Below are positions 39,945-48,513 of a stretch of 64,000 nucleotides of DNA, in pieces (positions within the stretch are counted from its first letter, which is position 1; the number at the start of each line of letters is the position of its first letter). This DNA is from Candidatus Latescibacterota bacterium. GTDB lineage: Bacteria > Latescibacterota > UBA2968 > UBA8231. The notes under the pieces were generated by a model that was not told the DNA's origin, searched no databases, and saw only the letters and a list, made by a program, of their open reading frames with translations. The position numbers and the translations under genes are program-made. The stretch is taken from the NCBI GenBank assembly GCA_965217585.1, contig OZ244561.1, positions 1,376,001 through 1,440,000 on the forward strand, written 5' to 3'.

Positions 39945-40835
39945 TTAGGTCCGATAAACGAATTCTGCCCCAATCTTCCACACCCCCTTCTCCCGAAAAG
40001 CGGGAATGGTCTGGCGACGGGCAGCGTTGGTGACTGCGGGTGCCGAGAGCCCATGCTGTTTGATATAATCCGACAGCCGGATAATGGCCTCCCCCTGTAA
40101 ATAACTCAGCCTCTTGTGCAGCGACTCTACGAGCGCCAACGCCATAATATCTTCCATCGTCCTAGTCGTTTGGCGGTCCCCATAGTCCCTGAACGCCTGA
40201 TAATACCGCTCCTTTTCCGAGTTGCGAATAATAAGACGCGGCAGTCCGAGCTGGATAAGTTGAAAATTGATGAGAATTCGCCCCAAGCGGCCATTGCCGT
40301 CGCAAAAGGGATGGATGGTCTCAAAATCCAAGTGAAATCGGGCAATTTTATCGAGGAAGTAGGTGCCGAGATCGCTGGAATACTCGACGAGGATGTCATC
40401 TATCATGCGCTCGACATGCTCGGGTGCCGGCGCAATATGAGTCCCCACCCGCACGTATTCCCCCTGCTCTCGAAAGCGTCCGGCGATGGCATCATTAATG
40501 CCGCCGATAAGCATCTGATGCAAAAGTAGTATCAGATCTTTGCTCAACTCACTGTCTTTAGCTTTGGTCCGTTTGTATTCCGTGACGCGGGCTAGATTTT
40601 TCGCCTCGAAGACTTCCTGCACAGACACATTTCGGGACAACATCTGGTCCAACAGGATTTTCTCTGTCTCCTCAAGAGTAAGGGTTGAATTCTCAATCGC
40701 GTTCGAGTTGTACACGCTCTCAGGGATCTCCACTTCGTCGATCATCGACAGCAGCGATTCCTTGCCTTGGCGCAAGGTATCGTACGCTCGTTTCAAGCCT
40801 TGGATGCGGCTTCTTATCGGCTCTGTGGTCGCCAT
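39945..40835 (-). CDS. Fic family protein with C-terminal HTH-like tail
   Basis: 'SNAIEN', Fic motif HPFCDGNGRLGR; ends 1 nt before the hsdM start. Confidence 0.9.
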   Translation of the reverse strand: MATTEPIRSRIQGLKRAYDTLRQGKESLLSMIDEVEIPESVYNSNAIENSTLTLEETEKILLDQMLSRNVSVQEVFEAKNLARVTEYKRTKAKDSELSKDLILLLHQMLIGGINDAIAGRFREQGEYVRVGTHIAPAPEHVERMIDDILVEYSSDLGTYFLDKIARFHLDFETIHPFCDGNGRLGRILINFQLIQLGLPRLIIRNSEKERYYQAFRDYGDRQTTRTMEDIMALALVESLHKRLSYLQGEAIIRLSDYIKQHGLSAPAVTNAARRQTIPAFREKGVWKIGAEFVYRT

Positions 40836-40850
40836 ATCATTATTGTATCG

Positions 40851-40911
40851 CATTCACGGTATATTGGCAAATATCCGTGAATGAACCGGGAAAAATGGAT
40901 GCCATTCACGG
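40851..40911. promoter_or_regulatory. Putative fic operator: CATTCACGG boxes
   Basis: CATTCACGG (40851) and CCGTGAATG (40875) form an inverted pair with a near-symmetric spacer; third CATTCACGG at 40903. Confidence 0.65.
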
Positions 40912-40940
40912 TTTTTTCGGATAAAGACGTTAATCGCGGA

Positions 40941-41009
40941 TTAGAAATCCGGATTGGTGATCTTGCATGTGGCGCTACGGAGCCTCGGGAACAAGCATTC
41001 CAGATTCAC
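40941..41009 (-). pseudogene. Truncated partner-gene remnant (22 codons)
   Basis: GTGA-coupled to the upstream gene; 'VNLECLFPRLRSATCKITNPDF*'. Confidence 0.35.
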
Positions 41010-41329
41010 CAGCGCAACCCTTTCCTGCGCGCCCACTTCAGCCAATCTTGGGTCATCTCTGCGACAACGCCCCGATGATCGGGAAGCACGGGATCTTCTC
41101 GTGCAATCGACCTAAGTGCCCAAAACCAGTGTTCCGGCTTGTGTTCGAGTTCTCTAAGAATCAACGGCAGCGCTGGCGGCCCCATGCCTATGATCTGCTG
41201 ATACGCAGGATGTAGAACGATCTCTCGTACTGAGGAAAAATGAGCGCATTCCTCACGTACAATTTCTGCGAGACGGTGGAACTGTTCTGGCAGGACATCT
41301 GGCTGGGGCTGTGGGAACTCCGTACTCAA
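41006..41329 (-). CDS. Small conserved hypothetical protein (TA-like)
   Basis: 'HPAYQQIIGMGPPALPLILREL..HWFWALRSI..DPV'. Confidence 0.7.
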   Translation of the reverse strand: MSTEFPQPQPDVLPEQFHRLAEIVREECAHFSSVREIVLHPAYQQIIGMGPPALPLILRELEHKPEHWFWALRSIAREDPVLPDHRGVVAEMTQDWLKWARRKGLRW

Positions 41330-41396
41330 AGCTTCACTCCCATATCAAAAAGGCTCGATAGCTGAATCTTCACGGCTCGAACGTCGTGTACCCTTT

Positions 41397-43934
41397 CTAG
41401 ACGGTGAATTGGTTCAAGGACACGTAATCCTTGACATACTCGGGAACGAGCCTGCGGTACGGCTCCGGCACCGCGCGAAAGTCGCGGGAGGAAAAGGCCG
41501 AATTGGTTGCCAGCTCGGCAAAGCTCCGATTCTCAATGATGTCTCGGGTCTGTCCGCTGGTCAGGTACGCCTTGAAGTACGCCCTGATCGCCGCGATAGA
41601 CTCGGCCTCGTCGGGCTTGTAATCGGCGACAAATTTGGCGAACTCCTCTTCGAGCAGCTCGTCCCTAGACTTAAAACGCGGGATGAGATCAAAGACTTTC
41701 TCCAGTATCTCGCGCAAGGTTACGCGACGATCCACCGCAGCGGCTTGGCGCAGCTTGGTGAGGGTGTAGTACTCCTCGGGCTTGTCGAAAACTTCCTGAT
41801 TCACATAGTCGATGGCGCGATCCCATTGGCCCGCCTCGATAGCTTGGGCAATGAAGTCGTTGTCGCGCACCTCGTCGGCAAAGCGGTCGAAGAACATCCG
41901 ATCAATTCTCATCCCCTCGGAGCCGACCTGCTCTTGCTCGATCGTCGATAGGAAGTCGCTTCCCAAGTGCTCGTAGGTGCCGGCATATACAACCGGCCTT
42001 GGATCGTCCCCGTCCTCTCTACCTCTATCTCGCAGCCGAGGCAATTCCAATATCTCGTCGTAGTTGAACTCGTTCTCGAAGTATTGGCAGTTGCCGAAGA
42101 AGTCGAACAGCTTGAAGGTGGTCTTCTCCGGCTCAGCGACAACGTCTGTGGGGCGGTGCCCTATCATCTGGTCGAGGAAGTTGTGCTTTCTGGTGCCGCG
42201 CCCCTTGATCTGGACGAAATCCGTCGGCGAGAATATCGGCCTGAACAGGCCCAAATTAAGAATGTCGGTGCAGTCGTAGCCAGTGGTCATCATGCCAACA
42301 GTTACGCATACTCTCGCCTTGCTCGTCCGGTACTCGCGCATAAAGTTGCCGGACCCCAAGAGATTGTTGTTGGCAAAGTTGACCGTGAATTGCTGGGCAT
42401 CCCTCACATGCGACGTAACCTGAACCGCAAAATCCGACTGGTACTGGCCCGGAAACATGCGGTCGGCGATCTCGTTGAAGAACTGCGTTAGCTTGGCCGC
42501 GTGCTCTTGGCTTACCGCGAAGACGATGGACTTCCCGATCTCCCCGCTAATCGGATCGCGGAGCGCATTCTCCAAGAAAGTCCGGCAGAAGACCGCGTTG
42601 GTGGCTTCCGAGAAAAACTCCCGCTCGAAATCGCGTTTTTTGAACGCTTCCTCCTGCTGCTCTCCTTCGTCATCAGTGAAAGACACCACAAAGCCCTTAT
42701 CGGCGAGAAGCTGGGTGGTCACCTCCGTTCGTGCGTCAACGACCCGAGGGTTGATCAGATGCCCATCGCGCACCCCATCGCGCAGTGAGTAGCGGAACGT
42801 CGGCTCGCCACTCTCGCAGCCGAAGGTGCGGTAGGTATCGAGCAACAACCGGCGCTCCACCTCGCGCGGGTCGCGCACATGCGGGCCGCTCGCATGGGTG
42901 CCTCTGAGGTAGTCTCGGGGCGTAGCGGTCAGCCCCAGCTTGTACCCAACGAAGTAATCGAACACGGCGCGGGCGTTGCCGCTGATGGACCGGTGCGCCT
43001 CATCCGAAATCACCAAGTCGAAGTCCGTCGGCGAAAACAGCGACTGGTACTTGTTGTTGAACAGCAGCGACTGAACGGTCGTGACCACAATGTGCGCTCG
43101 ACGCCAGTCATCGCGTTTCTCCTTGTAGATGACCGTGTCAAAGTCGTTCGCCAAGTACGGGACAAACGACTTGCTCGCCGCTTGGTCTTCTAACTCCAGC
43201 CGATCTACCAAGAAGAGGACGCGGCGGGCGTTGCCAGTGCGGAGAAACAGCTTGATAACAGCGGCGGCCACTAGCGTCTTGCCGGTGCCGGTAGCCATCT
43301 CGAACAGGAATCGGTCGCGTCCGTCTCGGACCGCCCGCTGCAAACCGTGGATCGCTCGTAGCTGGTAATCGCGCAAAAAGCGCAGGCCGTGCGTCTGGAT
43401 GTATCCGAAACGCTCGGCCTCGTTGCGCCATCCAGCCTCCGCCGCATAGCTAGGCCGCTGCGTGAGGACGATATAGTCGTCGCCAACTTGCTCATCGATC
43501 AGGCGCTGTGAGTTAGGCTCGACCTGTTTGTACCCTTCCACCGAATCCGGCGATGGGAACGCCGTAATGATATGCGGATTGCCGCGTTCTAGGTCCCAGA
43601 AGTAGTGCAGATTGCCGTTGGAGAGGATGACGAAGCGGCAGTTCAGCGAGCGGGCGTAGCGGCGGGCCTGCTCCTTACCGACCAACGGGTCTTTGTCCTC
43701 GGACTTGGCCTCCAACACGATCAACGGAAAACCCCGGTCGTCGAGGAGCAGGAAATCGACAAATCCTCGACCGGAACGCTCAAAATTATCGCCTAAGCTG
43801 TCGAGGTCGTCGCGTTTGAGGGCGACATGCGCCTCCAAGCGGATATTGGCCCGTCCATTGTCGTCGTCGAAGAATCGCCAACCAGCGCTTTCAAGCAACT
43901 GGTCGATTTTATGCCGAGCAACAGCCTCGCTCAT
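41397..43934 (-). CDS. hsdR: Type I restriction endonuclease subunit R (EcoAI/EcoEI-like)
   Basis: PD-(D/E)xK 'VDF..VLEAK', Walker A MATGTGKT, DEAH 'DEAHRS', 'GLTATP', 'QIKGRGTR'. Confidence 0.9.
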   Translation of the reverse strand: MSEAVARHKIDQLLESAGWRFFDDDNGRANIRLEAHVALKRDDLDSLGDNFERSGRGFVDFLLLDDRGFPLIVLEAKSEDKDPLVGKEQARRYARSLNCRFVILSNGNLHYFWDLERGNPHIITAFPSPDSVEGYKQVEPNSQRLIDEQVGDDYIVLTQRPSYAAEAGWRNEAERFGYIQTHGLRFLRDYQLRAIHGLQRAVRDGRDRFLFEMATGTGKTLVAAAVIKLFLRTGNARRVLFLVDRLELEDQAASKSFVPYLANDFDTVIYKEKRDDWRRAHIVVTTVQSLLFNNKYQSLFSPTDFDLVISDEAHRSISGNARAVFDYFVGYKLGLTATPRDYLRGTHASGPHVRDPREVERRLLLDTYRTFGCESGEPTFRYSLRDGVRDGHLINPRVVDARTEVTTQLLADKGFVVSFTDDEGEQQEEAFKKRDFEREFFSEATNAVFCRTFLENALRDPISGEIGKSIVFAVSQEHAAKLTQFFNEIADRMFPGQYQSDFAVQVTSHVRDAQQFTVNFANNNLLGSGNFMREYRTSKARVCVTVGMMTTGYDCTDILNLGLFRPIFSPTDFVQIKGRGTRKHNFLDQMIGHRPTDVVAEPEKTTFKLFDFFGNCQYFENEFNYDEILELPRLRDRGREDGDDPRPVVYAGTYEHLGSDFLSTIEQEQVGSEGMRIDRMFFDRFADEVRDNDFIAQAIEAGQWDRAIDYVNQEVFDKPEEYYTLTKLRQAAAVDRRVTLREILEKVFDLIPRFKSRDELLEEEFAKFVADYKPDEAESIAAIRAYFKAYLTSGQTRDIIENRSFAELATNSAFSSRDFRAVPEPYRRLVPEYVKDYVSLNQFTV

Positions 43935-44962
43935 CCCTCACCCTCCACCAACACCGGCTCCCGCTCCAGACGAATCCCAAAGGTCTGTTCCACCGCGTCC
44001 CGAATCTCACCGGCCAAGGCAAGAATTTCGCGGGTCGTGCCGCCGCGATTTACCAACGCCAGCGCGTGTCGCTCTGAGATGCCAACCCCGCCCCTTTGCA
44101 ACCCCTTGTGAAATCCCGCTTGCTCGACGAGCCAAGCAGCCGGAACCTTGACGCCAGCCGAATCGGGAAAGTGAGGGACATTGGGGTAGCGGTCCTTTAA
44201 TGCGGCAAAGGCTTCCGCGTCAATGACTGGATTTAAGAAGAAAGAACCGACGGAGCGGGAGTTGGGGTCTTGCGGGTCGATGACCATGGACTTGCCGCGA
44301 CGGAGCCCAAGCACAGCGTCGCGCACAATGGCTAAGGTCGGACGGTCGTCGTTCACGTGCCGACGCAGCTCCGGGTAGCGGATTTGCGGCTGACCGCCAG
44401 CATCCAAGCGATACGTCACCGAGGTCACAATAAAGCGGTCGCGGTCGGCCCCCTTAAAGCGGCTCTGGCGGTAGGCAAAGCCGCACTCGGCAGGGGCAAA
44501 TGCGATTTCCTCCAAGGTCTGTCGGTCGAGTGCCCGCACTTCCACGATGGTGTCTTTTACTTCTTGGCCATACGCGCCCACGTTTTGGATGGGCGTCGCA
44601 CCCACCGACCCAGGGATACCCGAAAGGCACTCCACGCCAGCCAAGCCGCGCTCCACGCAGCACTGGACAAAGCCATCCCAATCCTCGCCAGCCGCTACCT
44701 CGACGGTCTCGCCATTGAACACCACGCCGTAGAGTCCCACTTTGAGCACCAAGCCGCTGTACCCCGCGTCGGCAAAAAGCACGTTGCTGCCGCCGCCGAG
44801 CACTTGCACGGGCAAGCTCTCAGCCGCCGCCCACGCCAAGCAGACGCGCATCTCATCTAGGGAGACGCAATCGGCCAAGTAGCGCGCGGGGCCGCCGAGG
44901 CCCATAGTGGTGAGGGGGGCGAGTGGAGTATCCTCGCGGAGGATGTGGGACGGCTTTTCCAT
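43931..44962 (-). CDS. murB: UDP-N-acetylmuramate dehydrogenase
   Basis: 'LGGGSNVL', 'GIPGSVGATPIQNVGAYG', 'SVGSFFLNP', 'HALALVN', 'LEREP'. Confidence 0.95.
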   Translation of the reverse strand: MEKPSHILREDTPLAPLTTMGLGGPARYLADCVSLDEMRVCLAWAAAESLPVQVLGGGSNVLFADAGYSGLVLKVGLYGVVFNGETVEVAAGEDWDGFVQCCVERGLAGVECLSGIPGSVGATPIQNVGAYGQEVKDTIVEVRALDRQTLEEIAFAPAECGFAYRQSRFKGADRDRFIVTSVTYRLDAGGQPQIRYPELRRHVNDDRPTLAIVRDAVLGLRRGKSMVIDPQDPNSRSVGSFFLNPVIDAEAFAALKDRYPNVPHFPDSAGVKVPAAWLVEQAGFHKGLQRGGVGISERHALALVNRGGTTREILALAGEIRDAVEQTFGIRLEREPVLVEGEG

Positions 44963-45056
44963 GAAGAGACGCCTCGTTTCGCATGTACTGAGCATTTGCG
45001 TTGCACTGCCTATATACAGAATATAGGTCGTACAATACACAACGCCGGAGCATAGA

Positions 45057-45527
45057 ATGAAAAAGACCCTCTATCTCGCCAGCCCGTATGGATTCTCGCC
45101 CCAATGGAAGGAGCGGCTCCTGCCCCAGTTCGTCTCTGCCTTAGAGGCCTTGGGAGCTGAGGTCTGGGAGCCTTTTGCCCGCAACAACCAAGTCGATTTT
45201 TCCGCGCCGGGCTGGGCCTATGAGGTCGGCCAAGCTGACTTGCGCGACGTGGTCGAGGCCGACGCGATCTTCGCCATTGTCAACGGCACGCCCCCAGACG
45301 AGGGGGTGATGGTCGAGTTGGGAGCGGCCATTGCCCTCGGCAAGCCGACCTTTCTCTTCCGCGACGACTTCCGCCGCTGCACGGATTCCGAAAACTATCC
45401 CCTGAACCTGATGCTGTTCACCGGCCTGCCAGAAGACGGCTGGGAAACCTACTACTACACATCGCTCGCGGAAATTAGCGCGCCCGACAAGGCCCTAGCG
45501 CGCTGGCTGCGGGACGAACTGAGCTGA
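45057..45527 (+). CDS. Nucleoside 2-deoxyribosyltransferase family
   Basis: 'YLASPYGF', 'PPDEGVMVELG', 'NLMLF'. Confidence 0.85.
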   Translation: MKKTLYLASPYGFSPQWKERLLPQFVSALEALGAEVWEPFARNNQVDFSAPGWAYEVGQADLRDVVEADAIFAIVNGTPPDEGVMVELGAAIALGKPTFLFRDDFRRCTDSENYPLNLMLFTGLPEDGWETYYYTSLAEISAPDKALARWLRDELS

Positions 45528-45530
45528 CCT

Positions 45531-46811
45531 ATGCGCACGACCATTCCCCCCCATCTGCTCCAAGACCCAGAGGTTGAAGCGTCCGAAAAGGTCTTGCGCG
45601 CCTGCGTCCACTGCGGCTTTTGCAATGCCACCTGCCCCACCTACCTGCTCACCGGCAACGAACTCGAAGGGCCGCGCGGCCGCATTTACCTCATCAAAAG
45701 CATGCTCGAAGAGGACATCCCCCCGAGCCGGCAAACGGTCGAGCACATCGACAACTGCCTCGGCTGCCTCGCGTGCGAGACCACCTGCCCGAGCGGCGTA
45801 GATTATTCGCTCCTCTTGGAAATGGCCCGACCGAGGCTAGATCAGCTCGTCAAGCGGCCCTTGGCCGACCGCCTGCTGCGCGCCCTGCTGACGCGGATGC
45901 TGCCCTACCCCGGCCGCACGCGCTTGGCACTCAAAATGTCTAGGGTGGGCCGCGCTTTCTCCTTCCTGATGCCCCGCGCCATGCGGCCGCTGTTGGAGAT
46001 GGCACCCAAGCGATTGCCGCCGCCAGCCACTGGAGCCCGGCCCGGAGTCGTGCCAGCCGAGGGCGCGACGCGGCTGCGCGTGGCCTTGCTCACCGGGTGC
46101 GTCCAACAGGTGTTGGGACCGCAGATCAACGACGCGACCGTGCGGCTGCTGACGCGGTTGGGGGCTGAGGTGGTCATTCCGCCGGATATGGGCTGTTGCG
46201 GCGCGCTGACTTTTCACATGGGCGAGCGCAAACGCAGCCTCAAGCTGATGCAGCACGCCATTGCGGTTTGGCATCGCGAGCTGGAAGCGGGCTTGGACGC
46301 GATTGTGCTCAACACGTCGGGATGCGGCACGGCCATCAAAGAATACGATCACATCTTCCGCCACGATCCGCAGTGGGCCGACAAAGCCAAGGCGGTAGTG
46401 AAGCGGGTGCGAGACGTTTCCGAGGTGGTGGCGCAATTGGGATTGGGCGAGGCCAACAACGCTCCGGCCCTGAAGGTGGCGTATCACGACGCCTGTTCCC
46501 TCCAACACGGCCAGCACGTCACCGAGCCGCCGAGGCAACTGCTGCAGGCCGCGGGCTTTGAGGTCGTCGAGGTGCCCGAAGGCCACATCTGCTGCGGCAG
46601 CGCGGGCACGTACAACATGCTGCGCCCCGACTTGGCGCAACAACTGCAAGCGCGCAAAGTAGAGCACATCGCCAGCGTTGCGCCGCAGATCGTGGCGGCG
46701 GGCAACATCGGCTGCATGGAACAGATCGCCGCCCACGCCGAGGTCCCGGTCGTCCACACCGTCGAGCTGTTGGATTGGGCGACGGGCGGGCCGCGGCCGG
46801 CGGTGGTATAA
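45531..46811 (+). CDS. glcF: Glycolate oxidase iron-sulfur subunit
   Basis: 'CVHCGFCNATCPTY', 'CLGCLACETTCPSGV', CCG domains. Confidence 0.92.
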   Translation: MRTTIPPHLLQDPEVEASEKVLRACVHCGFCNATCPTYLLTGNELEGPRGRIYLIKSMLEEDIPPSRQTVEHIDNCLGCLACETTCPSGVDYSLLLEMARPRLDQLVKRPLADRLLRALLTRMLPYPGRTRLALKMSRVGRAFSFLMPRAMRPLLEMAPKRLPPPATGARPGVVPAEGATRLRVALLTGCVQQVLGPQINDATVRLLTRLGAEVVIPPDMGCCGALTFHMGERKRSLKLMQHAIAVWHRELEAGLDAIVLNTSGCGTAIKEYDHIFRHDPQWADKAKAVVKRVRDVSEVVAQLGLGEANNAPALKVAYHDACSLQHGQHVTEPPRQLLQAAGFEVVEVPEGHICCGSAGTYNMLRPDLAQQLQARKVEHIASVAPQIVAAGNIGCMEQIAAHAEVPVVHTVELLDWATGGPRPAVV

Positions 46812-46862
46812 CGGGGCTGATCAGGAGGCGTTTTTCTGACTATGGAGTATAGAGGCGGGCGC

Positions 46863-47327
46863 TCACACCGCCGAGGCTGCCAGTATCTCTTCCGGCGTTC
46901 GATCCGGCGAGTCAAACGGATTGACCACCCGAACCGCGCCGAACTCTTGGCCGTGCTGCAGGTCCTCGGTCAGCAGAACCTTGCACTCGCAGGTCTGCGC
47001 GGCGGCGATGATGAGCGCGTCCCACCAAGACAAGGGAAAGCGGTCCTGCAAGAGCCAAGCTCGTTTCAGCATCGCTAGGTCAACGGCTACCGGTTGCCAC
47101 ACTGCCAGTTCCCGTACGATTAATCGGGCCTCTGCCACATCGACCTTCAGCCGCCGCTTGCTTGTGAGGGTGGAGTAGAGTTCCTGCAGAACCTGAAAAC
47201 TCACGCGACCAGAGCGGCCACGTACGAGCAGCGAGATCCACTCGTCCGCGCGAGTTTTCTTTTGGGGTTCCGAGTCGTCGTGCAGATAGACGAATACGTT
47301 GGTGTCAACGAAGACCGGGCCGGTCAT
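46863..47327 (-). CDS. vapC: PIN domain toxin (VapC-like)
   Basis: 'FVDTNVFVY', 'QVLQELY', 'SWWDALI', 'LLTEDLQHG'. Confidence 0.88.
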   Translation of the reverse strand: MTGPVFVDTNVFVYLHDDSEPQKKTRADEWISLLVRGRSGRVSFQVLQELYSTLTSKRRLKVDVAEARLIVRELAVWQPVAVDLAMLKRAWLLQDRFPLSWWDALIIAAAQTCECKVLLTEDLQHGQEFGAVRVVNPFDSPDRTPEEILAASAV

Positions 47328-47553
47328 ACAGTTCCTCCCGCGTCGGCTTGCGCCCGTCGATCCACTCGATTTTTCGGGGTTTCCGCGCCCGCGTCAAAAA
47401 GCGTTCCATTGCGACCTCGTACTCGTCTTCTTGGCGCTGCATACTTTCCAGCAGTTCGGCCAGCCATTTGGAGACGCTGCGCTCGTTCTCGGCGGCCTTG
47501 ACCCGCAGCCACCGGGCGACATCCTCCGGTAGGGTGATGGTGATGTTCTTCAT
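47305..47553 (-). CDS. Ribbon-helix-helix antitoxin (VapB-like)
   Basis: 'MKNITITLPEDVARWLRVKAA..SVSKWL', 'TREELYDR'. Confidence 0.8.
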   Translation of the reverse strand: MKNITITLPEDVARWLRVKAAENERSVSKWLAELLESMQRQEDEYEVAMERFLTRARKPRKIEWIDGRKPTREELYDRPGLR

Positions 47554-47659
47554 GCTAGACCTCCAGTATCCGCAGCATATAACTGCTAATCAGGACCGGG
47601 GACGGTCCGTGATGGTCTCTATAACGCAAGAATAGTGTAACACAGAAATTGTGTCAATA

Positions 47660-47755
47660 ATGATCGTCGCCACAGCGCGGATGCACAATCTGGTGCTAAT
47701 CAGTGCCGACCAACGGCTGCGCGCCTATCCACACGTACAAACAAAGTGGGAATAG
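47660..47755 (+). pseudogene. C-terminal fragment of a PIN/VapC toxin
   Basis: Translates MIVATARMHNLVLISADQRLRAYPHVQTKWE*. Confidence 0.6.
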
Positions 47756-47764
47756 TAAATCAAT

Positions 47765-48268
47765 CTATTCGGCGAACTTGCCCTTGAGTGCTCCCCAACT
47801 CTCGACAGCTATCGCGGTGGCCGGGCTAGATATTTCGGTGAGGCGGGCGATTTGGGTGGCCGTAGTCGGCGGGATGTTGCCGCTGGCGAAAGTCTGCTTA
47901 GTCTCTGCTGGAAATAGTGGTACGTCTCAATCTCGTCCGTTCCACCAGTGGCATTGGGCGCAGTAGCAATGTTATAGATGGCGTAATCGGCGAGCGTCGG
48001 GGACCTGCTCCAAGGAGAGGACCGAACTGCGGACAAAGGCAAGTATGCTGTTGGAGATGGATCCGGTGAGGTCTGAGGACTGGTCGGCACCGGCAGAGCC
48101 GACGTCGAAGTCGGTGTCCTCTAGGCTGCTAAGGACTGTGGCGATTTCTTGTTCCCAAGTCATGCCCAAGGATAGGCGCAAATCGTCGGGAGAAAGGGTA
48201 ATCTGGGCTGTAGCAGAGAGGGGAAGGAAGACGAGGGCGATTGATGCTAATGCACGGACGACGAACAT
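47765..48268 (-). pseudogene. Frameshifted secreted protein with C-terminal 'TAIAVESWGALKGKF' motif
   Basis: Signal peptide ..SATA|QITL; pieces in three frames; RBS AAAGGA. Confidence 0.6.
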
Positions 48269-48305
48269 GGTGGTATCCTTTCTCATTGACTTTCACTAAG
48301 AAGCG

Positions 48306-48438
48306 TTCTTAAAACTAGGGTTTCGTTTTCTCACTCGGCTCACAACATCTGGGATCGAGGGCGTCTCGCCCTCGAAAAACGCTGGACACCCAAGCCGCTC
48401 GACCGCTTCGCAAGACAGCCCGACGGGGGTTTTAAGAA
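48306..48438. mobile_element. Possible MITE / IS-end remnant
   Basis: 10-bp TIR TTCTTAAAAC..GTTTTAAGAA; internal hairpin TCGAGGGCG-TCT-CGCCCTCGA at 48355-48375. Confidence 0.4.
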
Positions 48439-48513
48439 TATTGGACACCCGATAGAACTTTCATTTTGTCTCAAACTGCCCGATTTTTGGGAGCGCCTGC
48501 AAAGGACCACGCC

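Noticed and set aside
45057-45527. Nucleoside deoxyribosyltransferase as a retron/defence effector
   Set aside because: No reverse transcriptase or msr-msd nearby; host-like composition and coupled to glcF.
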